From NCBI GenBank assembly GCA_964016885.1, contig CAXHJY010000898.1, forward strand, positions 473,189 to 537,188: a DNA stretch of 64,000 nt, in the 5' to 3' direction. Made by a program: the position numbers and the translations under genes. This document shows, piece by piece, positions 1 through 12,949 of the stretch (the first letter of the stretch is position 1; each line of letters opens with the position of its first letter). Source of the DNA: Eledone cirrhosa. Its lineage: Eukaryota. The notes under the pieces were generated by a model, which was not told the DNA's origin, made no database searches, and saw only the letters and a program-made list of their open reading frames with translations.

Positions 1-2069
1 TTAGCTTAGCTTAGGATAGCTTAGCTTAGCTTAGCTTAGGATAGCTTAGCTTAGCTTAGCTTAGGATAGCTTAGCTTAGCTTAGGATAGCTTAGCTTAGC
101 TTAGGATAGCTTAGCTTAGCTTAGCTTAGGATAGCTTAGCTTAGCTTAGCTTAGGATAGCTTAGCTTAGCTTAGCTTAGGATAGCTTAGCTTAGCTTAGG
201 ATAGCTTAGCTTAGCTTAGCTTAGGATAGCTTAGCTTAGCTTAGCTTAGGATAGCTTAGCTTAGCTTAGCTTAGGATAGATTAGCTTAGCTTAGGATAGC
301 TTAGCTTAGCTTAGCTTAGGAAAGCTTAGCTTAGCTTAGGATAGCTTAGCTTAGCTTAGCTTAGGATAGCTTAGGATAGCTTAGCTTAGGATAGCTTAGG
401 ATAGCTTAGCTTAGGATAGCTTAGGATAGCTTAGGTTAGGATAGCTTAGCTTAGGATAGCTTAGGATAGCTTAGCTTAGGATAGCTTAGGATAGCTTAGC
501 TTAGGATAGCTTAGGATAGCTTAGCTTAGGATAGCTTAGCTTAGGATAGCTTAGGAAAGCTTAGCTTAGCTTAGCTTAGGATAGCTTAGCTTAGGATAGC
601 TTAGCTTAGCTTAGCTTAGGATAGCTTAGGATAGCTTAGCTTAGGATAGCTTAGGATAGCTTAGCTTAGGATAGCTTAGCTTAGGATAGCTTAGCTTAGG
701 ATAGCTTAGGATAGCTTAGCTTAGGATAGCTTAGGATAGCTTAGCTTAGGATAGCTTAGCTTAGGATAGCTTAGGATAGCTTAGCTTAGCTTAGCTTAGG
801 ATAGCTTAGCTTAGCTTAGCTTAGGATAGCTTAGCTTAGCTTAGCTTAGCTTAGCTTAGCTTAGGATAGCTTAGGATAGCTTAGCTTAGGATAGCTTAGG
901 ATAGCTTAGCTTAGGATAGCTTAGCTTAGGATAGCTTAGCTTAGCTTAGCTTAGGATAGCTTAGCTTAGGATAGCTTAGGATAGCTTAGCTTAGGATAGC
1001 TTAGCTTAGGATAGCTTAGGATAGCTCAGCTTAGCTTAGCTTAGGATAGCTTAGCTTAGCTTAGCTTAGGATAGCTTAGCTTAGCTTAGGATAGCTTAGC
1101 TTAGCTTAGCTTAGGATAGCTTAGCTTAGCTTAGCTTAGGATAGCTTAGCTTAGCTTAGCTTAGGATAGCTTAGCTTAGGATAGCTTAGCTTAGGATAGC
1201 TTAGCTTAGGTTAGCTTAGCTTAGCTTAGCTTAGGATAGCTTAGCTTAGCTTAGCTTAGGATAGCTTAGCTTAGCTTAGCTTAGGATAGCTTAGCTTAGC
1301 TTAGGATAGCTTAGCTTAGCTTAGCTTAGGATAGCTTAGCTTAGCTTAGCTTAGGATAGCTTAGCTTAGCTTAGCTTAGGATAGCTTAGCTTAGGATAGC
1401 TTAGCTTAGGATAGCTTAGCTTAGGTTAGCTTAGCTTAGCTTAGCTTAGGATAGCTTAGGATAGCTTAGCTTAGGATAGCTTAGCTTAGCTTAGCTTAGG
1501 ATAGCTTAGCTTAGCTTAGCTTAGGATAGCTTAGCTTAGGATAGCTTAGGATTGCTTAGCTTAGCTTAGCTTAGGATAGCTTAGCTTAGCTTAGGATAGC
1601 TTAGCTTAGCTTAGCTTAGGATAGCTTAGCTTAGCTTAGGATAGCTTAGCTTAGCTTAGCTTAGGATAGCTTAGCTTAGCTTAGCTTAGGATAGCTTAGC
1701 TTAGCTTAGCTTAGGATAGCTTAGGATAGCTTAGGATAGCTTAGCTTAGCTTAGCTTAGGATAGCTTAGCTTAGCTTAGGATAGCTTAGCTTAGCTTAGC
1801 TTAGGATAGCTTAGCTTAGCTTAGGATAGCTTAGCTTAGCTTAGCTTAGGATAGCTTAGCTTAGCTTAGCTTAGGATAGCTTAGCTTAGCTTAGCTTAGG
1901 ATAGCTTAGCTTAGCTTAGCTTAGGATAGATTAGCTTAGCTTAGGATAGCTTAGCTTAGCTTAGCTTAGGAAAGCTTAGCTTAGCTTAGGATAGCTTAGT
2001 TTAGCTTAGCTTAGGAGAGCTTAGCTTAGCTTAGCTTAGGATAGCTTAGCTTAGCTTAGCTTAGGATAG

Positions 2070-4000
2070 CTTAGCTTAGCTTAGCTTAGGTAGCTTAGCT
2101 TAGCTTAGCTTAGGATAGCTTAGCTTAGCTTAGCTTAGCTTAGGATAGCTTAGCTTAGCTTAGCTTAGGATAGCTTAGGATAGCTTAGCTTAGGATAGCT
2201 TAGGATAGCTTACCTTAGGAGAGCTTAGCTTAGGATAGCTTAGCTTAGGATAGCTTAGGATAGCTTAGCTTAGGATAGCTTAGCTTAGGATAGCTTAGCT
2301 TAGGATAGCTTAGGATAGCTTAGCTTAGCTTAGCTTAGGATAGCTTAGCTTAGCTTAGCTTAGGATAGCTTAGCTTAGGTTAGCTTAGCTTAGCTTAGCT
2401 TAGCTTAGGATAGCTTAGCTTAGGATAGCTTAGGATAGCTTAGCTTAGGATAGCTTAGGATAGCTTAGCTTAGGATAGCTTAGCTTAGGATAGCTTAGGA
2501 TAGCTTAGCTTAGGATAGCTTAGGATAGCTTAGCTTAGGATAGCTTAGCTTAGGATAGCTTAGGATAGCTTAGCTTAGCTTAGCTTAGGATAGCTTAGCT
2601 TAGCTTAGCTTAGCTTAGCTTAGGATAGCTTAGCTTAGCTTAGCTTAGGATAGCTTAGGATAGCTTAGCTTAGGATAGCTTAGGATAGCTTAGCTTAGGA
2701 TAGCTTAGGATAGCTTAGGATAGCTTAGCTTAGGACAGCTTAGCTTAGCTTAGCTTAGGATAGCTTAGCTTGGCTTAGGATAGCTTAGCTTAGCTTAGCT
2801 TAGGATAGCTTAGCTTAGCTTAGCTTAGGATAGCTTAGCTTAGCTTAGCTTAGGATAGCTTAGCTTAGGATAGCTTAGCTTAGCTTAGCTTAGGATAGCT
2901 TAGCTTAGCTTAGCTTAGGACAGCTTAGCTTAGCTTAGCTTAGGATAGCTTAGCTTAGCTTAGGATAGCTTAGCTTAGCTTAGCTTAGGATAGCTTAGCT
3001 TAGCTTAGCTTAGGATAGCTTAGCTTAGGATAGCTTAGCTTAGCTTAGCTTAGGTAGCTTAGCTTAGCTTAGCTTAGGATAGCTTAGCTTAGCTTAGCTT
3101 AGCTTAGGATAGCTTAGCTTAGCTTAGCTTAGGATAGCTTAGGATAGCTTAGCTTAGGATAGCTTAGGATAGCTTACCTTAGGAGAGCTTAGCTTAGGAT
3201 AGCTTAGCTTAGGATAGCTTAGGATAGCTTAGCTTAGGATAGCTTAGCTTAGGATAGCTTAGCTTAGGATAGCTTAGGATAGCTTAGCTTAGCTTAGCTT
3301 AGGATAGCTTAGCTTAGCTTAGCTTAGGATAGCTTAGCTTAGGTTAGCTTAGCTTAGCTTAGCTTAGCTTAGGATAGCTTAGCTTAGGATAGCTTAGGAT
3401 AGCTTAGCTTAGGATAGCTTAGGATAGCTTAGCTTAGGATAGCTTAGCTTAGGATAGCTTAGGATAGCTTAGCTTAGGATAGCTTAGGATAGCTTAGCTT
3501 AGGATAGCTTAGCTTAGGATAGCTTAGGATAGCTTAGCTTAGCTTAGCTTAGGATAGCTTAGCTTAGCTTAGCTTAGCTTAGCTTAGGATAGCTTAGCTT
3601 AGCTTAGCTTAGGATAGCTTAGGATAGCTTAGCTTAGGATAGCTTAGGATAGCTTAGCTTAGGATAGCTTAGGATAGCTTAGGATAGCTTAGCTTAGGAC
3701 AGCTTAGCTTAGCTTAGCTTAGGATAGCTTAGCTTGGCTTAGGATAGCTTAGCTTAGCTTAGCTTAGGATAGCTTAGCTTAGCTTAGCTTAGGATAGCTT
3801 AGCTTAGCTTAGCTTAGGATAGCTTAGCTTAGCTTAGGATAGCTTAGCTTAGCTTAGCTTAGGATAGCTTAGCTTAGCTTAGCTTAGGACAGCTTAGCTT
3901 AGCTTAGCTTAGGATAGCTTAGCTTAGCTTAGGATAGCTTAGCTTAGCTTAGCTTAGGATAGCTTAGCTTAGCTTAGCTTAGGATAGCTTAGCTTAGGAT
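2070..4000 (+). repeat. Tandem duplication with ~964-bp unit (also in copy B at ~33930-35860)
   Basis: Deletion 2091/3055, TTACC 2210/3174, ACAGC 2735/3699 and TTGGC 2770/3734 are all at offset 964. The second ACAGC pair 2920/3889 is at offset 969. Confidence 0.9.
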
Positions 4001-7000
4001 AGCTTAGCTTAGGATAGCTTAACTTAGGTTAGCTTAGCTTAGCTTAGCTTAGAATAGCTTAGGATAGCTTAGCTTAGGATAGCTTAGCTTAGCTTAGTTT
4101 AGGATAGCTTAGCTTAGCTTAGCTTAGGATAGCTTAGCTTAGCTTAGCTTAGGATAGCTTAGCTTAGCTTAGCTTAGGATAGCTTAGCTTAGGATAGCTT
4201 AGGATAGCTTAGCTTAGCTTAGCTTAGGATAGCTTAGCTTAGCTTAGCTTAGGATAGCTTAGCTTAGCTTAGGATAGCTTAGCTTAGCTTAGCTTAGGAT
4301 AGCTTAGCTTAGCTTAGCTTAGGATAGCTTAGCTTAGCTTAGCTTAGGATAGCTTAGGATAGCTTAGGATAGCTTAGCTTAGCTTAGCTTAGGATAGCTT
4401 AGCTTAGCTTAGCTTAGGATAGCTTAGCTTAGCTTAGCTTAGGATAGCTTAGCTTAGCTTAGGATAGCTTAGCTTAGCTTAGCTTAGGATAGCTTAGCTT
4501 AGCTTAGCTTAGGATAGCTTAGCTTAGCTTAGCTTAGGATAGCTTAGCTTAGCTTAGGATAGCTTAGCTTAGCTTAGCCCAGGATAGCTTAGCTTAGGAT
4601 AGCTTAGGATAGCTTAGCTTAGGATAGCTTAGCTTAGGATAGCTTAGGATAGCTTAGCTTAGCTTAGCTTAGGAGAGCTTAGCTTAGCTTAGCTTAGGAT
4701 AGCTTAGCTTAGCTTAGGATAGCTTAGCTTAGCTTAGCTTAGGATAGCTTAGCTTAGCTTAGCTTAGGATAGCTTAGCTTAGCTTAGGATAGCTTAGCTT
4801 AGCTTAGCTTAGGATAGCTTAGCTTAGCTTAGCTTAGGATAGCTTAGCTTAGCTTAGCTTAGGATAGCTTAGCTTAGGATAGCTTAGCTTAGGATAGCTT
4901 AGCTTAGGTTAGCTTAGCTTAGCTTAGCTTAGGATAGCTTAGGATAGCTTAGCTTAGGATAGCTTAGCTTAGCTTAGCTTAGGATAGCTTAGCTTAACTT
5001 AGCTTAGGATAGCTTAGCTTAGGATAGCTTAGGATTGCTTAGCTTAGCTTAGCTTAGGATAGCTTAGCTTAGCTTAGGATAGCTTAGCTTAGCTTAGCTT
5101 AGGATAGCTTAGCTTAGCTTAGCTTAGGATAGCTTAGCTTAGCTTAGCTTAGGATAGCTTAGGATAGCTTAGGATAGCTTAGCTTAGCTTAGCTTAGGAT
5201 AGCTTAGCTTAGCTTAGGATAGCTTAGCTTAGCTTAGCTTAGGATAGCTTAGCTTAGCTTAGGATAGCTTAGCTTAGCTTAGCTTAGGATAGCTTAGCTT
5301 AGCTTAGCTTAGGATAGCTTAGCTTAGCTTAGCTTAGGATAGCTTAGCTTAGCTTAGCTTAGGATAGCTTAGCTTAGCTTAGCTTAGGATAGATTAGCTT
5401 AGCTTAGGATAGCTTAGCTTAGCTTAGCTTAGGAAAGCTTAGCTTAGCTTAGGATAGCTTAGCTTAGCTTAGCTTAGGAGAGCTTAGCTTAGCTTAGCTT
5501 AGGATAGCTTAGCTTAGCTTAGCTTAGGATAGCTTAGCTTAGCTTAGCTTAGGTAGCTTAGCTTAGCTTAGCTTAGGATAGCTTAGCTTAGCTTAGCTTA
5601 GCTTAGCTTAGGATAGCTTAGCTTAGCTTAGCTTAGGAGAGCTTAGCTTAGCTTAGCTTAGGATAGCTTAGGATAGCTTAGCTTAGGATAGCTTAGGATA
5701 GCTTACCTTAGGAGAGCTTAGCTTAGGATAGCTTAGCTTAGGATAGCTTAGGATAGCTTAGCTTAGGATAGCTTAGCTTAGGATAGCTTAGCTTAGGATA
5801 GCTTAGGATAGCTTAGCTTAGCTTAGGATAGCTTAGCTTAGCTTAGCTTAGGATAGCTTAGCTTAGGTTAGCTTAGCTTAGCTTAGCTTAGCTTAGGATA
5901 GCTTAGCTTAGGATAGCTTAGGATAGCTTAGCTTAGGATAGCTTAGGATAGCTTAGCTTAGGATAGCTTAGCTTAGGATAGCTTAGGATAGCTTAGCTTA
6001 GGATAGCTTAGGATAGCTTAGCTTAGGATAGCTTAGCTTAGGATAGCTTAGGATAGCTTAGCTTAGCTTAGCTTAGGATAGCTTAGATTAGCTTAGCTTA
6101 GGATAGCTTAGCTTAGCTTAGCTTAGGATAGCTTAGCTTAGCTTAGCTTAGGATAGCTTAGGATAGCTTAGCTTAGGATAGCTTAGGATAGCTTAGCTTA
6201 GGATAGCTTAGGATAGCTTAGGATATCTTAGCTTAGCTTAGCTTAGGATAGCTTAGCTTAGCTTAGCTTAGGATAGCTTACCTTAGCTTAGCTTAGGATA
6301 GCTTAGCTTAGCTTAGGATAGCTTAGCTTAGCTTAGCTTAGGATAGCTTAGCTTAGCTTAGCTTAGGACAGCTTAGCTTAGCTTAGCTTAGGATAGCTTA
6401 GCTTAGCTTAGGATAGCTTAGCTTAGCTTAGCTTAGGATAGCTTAGCTTAGCTTAGCTTAGGATAGCTTAGCTTAGGATAGCTTAGCTTAGGATAGCTTA
6501 GCTTAGGTTAGCTTAGCTTAGCTTAGCTTAGGATAGCTTAGGATAGCTTAGCTTAGGATAGCTTAGCTTAGCTTAGCTTAGGATAGCTTAGCTTAGCTTA
6601 GCTTAGGATAGCTTAGCTTAGCTTAGCTTAGGATAGCTTAGCTTAGCTTAGCTTAGGATAGCTTAGCTTAGGATAGCTTAGGATAGCTTAGCTTAGCTTA
6701 GCTTAGGATAGCTTAGCTTAGCTTAGCTTAGGATAGCTTAGCTTAGCTTAGGATAGCTTAGCTTGGCTTAGCTTAGGATAGCTTAGCTTAGCTTAGCTTA
6801 GGATAGCTTAGCTTAGCTTAGCTTAGCTTAGCTTAGGATAGCTTAGGATAGCTTAGGATAGCTTAGCTTAGCTTAGCTTAGGATAGCTTAGCTTAGCTTA
6901 GCTTAGGTTAGCTTAGCTTAGCTTAGCTTAGGATAGCTTAGCTTAGCTTAGCTTAGGATAGCTTAGCTTAGCTTAGCTTAGGATAGCTTAGCTTAGCTTA

Positions 7001-10000
7001 GCTTAGGATAGCTTAGCTTAGCTTAGCTTAGGATAGCTTAGCTTAGCTTAGCTTAGGATAGCTTAGCTTAGCTTAGCTTAGGATAGCTTAGCTTAGCTTT
7101 GCTTAGGATAGATTAGCTTAGCTTAGGATAGCTTAGCTTAGCTTAGCTTAGGAAAGCTTAGCTTAGCTTAGGATAGCTTAGCTTAGCTTAGCTTAGGAGA
7201 GCTTAGCTTAGCTTAGCTTAGGATAGCTTAGCTTAGCTTAGCTTAGGATAGCTTAGGATAGCTTAGCTTAGGATAGCTTAGGATAGCTTAGCTTAGGATA
7301 GCTTAGCTTAGGATAGCTTAGCTTAGGATAGCTTAGGATAGCTTAGCTTAGCTTAGCTTAGGATAGCTTAGGATAGCTTAGCTTAGGATAGCTTAGGATA
7401 GCTTAGCTTAGGATAGATTAGGATAGCTTAGCTTAGGATAGCTTAGGATAGCTTAGCTTAGGATAGGTTAGCTTAGGATAGCTTAGCTTAGCTTAGGATA
7501 GCTTAGCTTGGGATAGCTTAGGATAGCTTAGGATAGCTTAGCTTAGGATAGCTTAGCTTAGGATAGCTTAGGATAGCTTAGCTTAGCTTAGCTTAGGATA
7601 GCTTAGCTTAGCTTAGCTTAGGATAGCTTAGCTTAGCTTAGGATAGCTTAGCTTAGCTTAGCTTAGGATAGCTTAGCTTAGCTTAGCTTAGGATAGCTTA
7701 GCTTAGCTTAGCTTAGGATAGCTTAGCTTAGCTTAGCTTAGGATAGCTTAGCTTAGCTTAGCTTAGGATAGCTTAGCTTAGCTTAGCTTAGAATAGCTTA
7801 GCTTAGGATAGCTTAGCTTAGGATAGCTTAGCTTAGGATAGCTTAGGATAGCTTAGCTTAGGATAGCTTAGGATAGCTTAGCTTAGGATAGCTTAGCTTA
7901 GCTTAGGATAGCTTAGCTTAGCTTAGAATAGCTTAGCTTAGCTTAGCTTAGGATAGCTTAGCTTAGGATAGCTTAGGAAAGCTTAGCTTAGCTTAGCTTA
8001 GGATAGCTTAGCTTAGCTTAGCTTAGGATAGCTTAGCTTAGCTTAGGATAGTTTAGCTTAGCTTAGCTTAGGATAGCTTAGCTTAGCTTAGCTTAGGATA
8101 GCTTAGCTTAGCTTAGCTTAGGATAGCTTAGCTTAGCTTAGCTTAGGATAGCTTAGCTTAGCTTAGCTTAGGATAGCTTAGCTTAGCTTAGGATAGCTTA
8201 GCTTAGCTTAGCTTAGGATAGCTTAGCTTAGCTTAGCTTAGGATAGCTTAGCTTAGGATAGCTTAGCTTAGCTTAGCTTAGGATAGCTTAGCTTAGCTTA
8301 GCTTAGGATAGCTTAGCTTAGCTTAGCTTAGGATAGCTTAGCTTAGCTTAGCTTAGGATAGCTTAGCTTAGCTTAGCTTAGGATAGCTTAGCTTAGCTTA
8401 GCTTAGGATAGCTTAGCTTAGCTTAGCTTAGGATAGCTTAGCTTAGCTTAGCTTAGGATAGCTTAGCTTAGCTTAGCTTAGGATAGCTTAGCTTAGCTTG
8501 GCTTAGGATAGCTTAGCTTAGCTTGGCTTAGGATAGCTTAGCTTAGCTTAGCTTAGGATAGCTTAGCTTAGCTTAGCTTAGGATAGCTTAGCTTAGCTTA
8601 GCTTAGGATAGCTTAGCTTAGCTTAGGATAGCTTAGCTTAGTTTAGGATAGCTTAGCTTAGCTTAGCTTAGGATAGCTTAGGATAGCTTAGCTTAGGATA
8701 GCTTAGGATAGCTTAGCTTAGGATAGCTTAGGATAGCTTAGGTTAGGATAGCTTAGCTTAGGATAGCTTAGGATAGCTTAGCTTAGGATAGCTTAGGATA
8801 GCTTAGCTTAGGATAGCTTAGGATAGCTTAGCTTAGGATAGCTTAGCTTAGGATAGCTTAGGAAAGCTTAGCTTAGCTTAGCTTAGGATAGCTTAGCTTA
8901 GCTTAGCTTAGGATAGCTTAGCTTAGCTTAGCTTAGGATAGCTTAGGATAGCTTAGCTTAGGATAGCTTAGGATAGCTTAGCTTAGGATAGCTTAGCTTA
9001 GGATAGCTTAGCTTAGGATAGCTTAGCTTAGGATAGCTTAGGATAGCTTAGCTTAGGATAGCTTAGGATAGCTTAGCTTAGGATAGCTTAGCTTAGGATA
9101 GCTTAGGATAGCTTAGCTTAGCTTAGCTTAGGATAGCTTAGCTTAGCTTAGCTTAGTATAGCTTAGCTTAGCTTAGCTTAGCTTAGGATAGCTTAGCTTA
9201 GCTTAGCTTAGGATAGCTTAGGATAGCTTAGCTTAGGATAGCTTAGGATAGCTTAGCTTAGGATAGCTTAGGATAGCTTAGCTTAGGATAGCTTAGGATA
9301 GCTTAGCTTAGGATAGCTTAGCTTAGGATAGCTTAGCTTAGCTTAGCTTAGGATAGCTTAGCTTAGGATAGCTTAGGATAGCTTAGCTTAGGATAGCTTA
9401 GCTTAGGATAGCTTAGGATAGCTTAGCTTAGCTTAGCTTAGGATAGCTTAGCTTAGCTTAGCTTAGGATAGCTTAGCTTAGCTTAGGATAGCTTAGCTTA
9501 GCTTAGCTTAGGATAGCTTAGCTTAGCTTAGTTTAGGATAGCTTAGCTTAGCTTAGCTTAGGATAGCTTAGCTTAGCTTAGCTTAGGATAGCTTAGCTTA
9601 GCTTAGGATAGCTTAGCTTAGGATAGCTTAGGATAGCTTAGCTTAGGATAGCTTAGCTTAGGATAGCTTAGCTTAGGTTAGCTTAGCTTAGCTTAGCTTA
9701 GGATAGCTTAGGATAGCTTAGCTTAGGATAGCTTAGCTTAGCTTAGCTTAGGATAGCTTAGCTTAGCTTAGCTTAGGATAGCTTAGCTTAGCTTAGGATA
9801 GCTTAGCTTAGGATAGCTTAGGATAGCTTAGCTTAGCTTAGCTTAGGATAGCTTAGCTTAGCTTAGGATAGCTTAGCTTAGCTTAGGATAGCTTAGCTTA
9901 GCTTAGCTTAGGATAGCTTAGCTTAGCTTAGGATAGCTTAGCTTAGGTTAGCTTAGGATAGCTTAGGATAGCTTAGCTTAGCTTAGCTTAGCTTAGGATA

Positions 10001-10029
10001 GCTTAGCTTAGCTTAGCTTAGGATAGCTT

Positions 10030-12790
10030 AGCTTAGCTTAGCTTAGGATAGCTTAGCTTAGCTTAGGATAGCTTAGCTTAGCTTAGCTTAGGATAGCTTA
10101 GCTTAGCTTAGGATAGCTTAGCTTAGCTTAGCTTAGGATAGCTTAGCTTAGCTTAGCTTAGGATAGCTTAGCTTAGCTTAGCTTAGGATAGCTTAGCTTA
10201 GCTTAGCTTAGGATAGCTTAGCTTAGCTTAGCTTAGGATAGATTAGCTTAGCTTAGGATAGCTTAGCTTAGCTTAGCTTAGGAAAGCTTAGCTTAGCTTA
10301 GGATAGCTTAGCTTAGCTTAGCTTAGGAGAGCTTAGCTTAGCTTAGCTTAGGAAAACTTAGCTTAGCTTAGCTTAGCTTAGGATAGCTTAGCTTAGCTTA
10401 GCTTAGGTAGCTTAGCTTAGCTTAGCTTAGGATAGCTTAGCTTAGCTTAGCTTAGCTTAGCTTAGGATAGCTTAGCTTAGCTTAGCTTAGGATAGCTTAG
10501 CTTAGCTTAGGATAGCTTAGGATAGCTTAGCTTAGGATAGCTTAGGATAGCTTACCTTAGGAGAGCTTAGCTTAGGATAGCTTAGCTTAGGATAGCTTAG
10601 GATAGCTTAGCTTAGGATAGCTTAGCTTAGGATAGCTTAGCTTAGGATAGCTTAGGATAGCTTAGCTTAGCTTAGCTTAGGATAGCTTAGCTTAGCTTAG
10701 CTTAGGATAGCTTAGCTTAGGTTAGCTTAGCTTAGGATAGCTTAGGATAGCTTAGCTTAGGATAGCTTAGGATAGCTTAGCTTAGGATAGCTTAGGATAG
10801 CTTAGCTTAGGATAGCTTAGCTTAGGATAGCTTAGGATAGCTTAGCTTAGGATAGCTTAGGATAGCTTAGCTTAGGATAGCTTAGGATAGCTTAGCTTAG
10901 GATAGCTTAGCTTAGGATAGCTTAGGATAGCTTAGCTTAGCTTAGCTTAGGATAGCTTAGCTTAGCTTAGCTTAGGATAGCTTAGCTTAGCTTAGCTTAG
11001 GATAGCTTAGCTTAGCTTAGCTTAGGATAGCTTAGGATAGCTTAGCTTAGGATAGCTTAGGATAGCTTAGCTTAGGATAGCTTAGGATAGCTTAGGATAG
11101 CTTAGCTTAGCTTAGCTTAGGATAGCTTAGCTTAGCTTAGCTTAGGATAGCTTAGCTTAGCTTAGCTTAGGATAGCTTAGCTTAGCTTAGGATAGCTTAG
11201 CTTAGCTTAGCTTAGGATAGCTTAGCTTAGCTTAGGATAGCTTAACTTAGCTTAGCTTAGGATAGCTTAGCTTAGCTTAGCTTAGGATAGCTTAGCTTAG
11301 GATAGCTTAGCTTAGGATAGCTTAGCTTAGGTTAGCTTAGCTTAGCTTAGCTTAGGATAGCTTAGGATAGCTTAGCTTAGGATAGCTTAGCTTAGCTTAG
11401 GATAGCTTAGCTTAGCTTAGCTTAGGATAGCTTAGCTTAGCTTAGGATAGCTTAGCTTAGCTTAGCTTAGGATAGCTTAGCTTAGCTTAGGATAGCTTAG
11501 CTTAGCTTAGCTTAGGATAGCTTAGCTTAGCTTAGCTTAGGATAGCTTAGCTTAGCTTAGCTTAGGATAGCTTAGCTTAGCTTAGCTTAGGATAGCTTAG
11601 CTTAGCTTAGCTTAGGATAGATTAGCTTAGCTTAGGATAGCTTAGCTTAGCTTAGCTTAGGAAAGCTTAGCTTAGCTTAGGATAGCTTAGCTTAGCTTAG
11701 CTTAGGAGAGCTTAGCTTAGCTTAGCTTAGGAAAACTTAGCTTAGCTTAGCTTAGCTTAGGATAGCTTAGCTTAGCTTAGCTTAGGTAGCTTAGCTTAGC
11801 TTAGCTTAGGATAGCTTAGCTTAGCTTAGCTTAGCTTAGCTTAGGATAGCTTAGCTTAGCTTAGCTTAGGAGAGCTTAGCTTAGCTTAGGATAGCTTAGG
11901 ATAGCTTAGCTTAGGATAGCTTAGGATAGCTTACCTTAGGAGAGCTTAGCTTAGGATAGCTTAGCTTAGGATAGCTTAGGATAGCTTAGCTTAGGATAGC
12001 TTAGCTTAGGATAGCTTAGCTTAGGATAGCTTAGGATAGCTTAGCTTAGCTTAGCTTAGGATAGCTTAGCTTAGCTTAGCTTAGGATAGCTTAGCTTAGG
12101 TTAGCTTAGCTTAGGATAGCTTAGGATAGCTTAGCTTAGGATAGCTTAGGATAGCTTAGCTTAGGATAGCTTAGGATAGCTTAGCTTAGGATAGCTTAGC
12201 TTAGGATAGCTTAGGATAGCTTAGCTTAGGATAGCTTAGGATAGCTTAGCTTAGGATAGCTTAGGATAGCTTAGCTTAGGATAGCTTAGCTTAGGATAGC
12301 TTAGGATAGCTTAGCTTAGCTTAGCTTAGGATAGCTTAGCTTAGCTTAGCTTAGGATAGCTTAGCTTAGCTTAGCTTAGGATAGCTTAGCTTAGCTTAGC
12401 TTAGGATAGCTTAGGATAGCTTAGCTTAGGATAGCTTAGGATAGCTTAGCTTAGGATAGCTTAGGATAGCTTAGGATAGCTTAGCTTAGCTTAGCTTAGG
12501 ATAGCTTAGCTTAGCTTAGCTTAGGATAGCTTAGCTTAGCTTAGCTTAGGATAGCTTAGCTTAGCTTAGGATAGCTTAGCTTAGCTTAGCTTAGGATAGC
12601 TTAGCTTAGCTTAGGATAGCTTAGCTTAGCTTAGCTTAGGATAGCTTAGCTTAGCTTAGCTTAGGATAGCTTAGCTTAGGATAGCTTAGCTTAGGATAGC
12701 TTAGCTTAGGTTAGCTTAGCTTAGCTTAGCTTAGGATAGCTTAGGATAGCTTAGCTTAGGATAGCTTAGCTTAGCTTAGCTTAGGATAGC
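10030..12790 (+). repeat. Tandem duplication with 1379-bp unit, found only in copy A
   Basis: ATAGA 10238/11617, private AAAAC 10353/11732, deletion 10408/11787 and TTACC 10552/11931 are all at offset 1379. Confidence 0.9.
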
Positions 12791-12949
12791 TTAGCTTAGC
12801 TTAGCTTAGGATAGCTTAGCTTAGCTTAGGATAGCTTAGCTTAGCTTAGCTTAGGATAGCTTAGCTTAGCTTAGCTTAGGATAGCTTAGCTTAGCTTAGC
12901 TTAGGATAGCTTAGCTTAGCTTAGGATAGCTTAGCTTAGCTTAGCTTAG

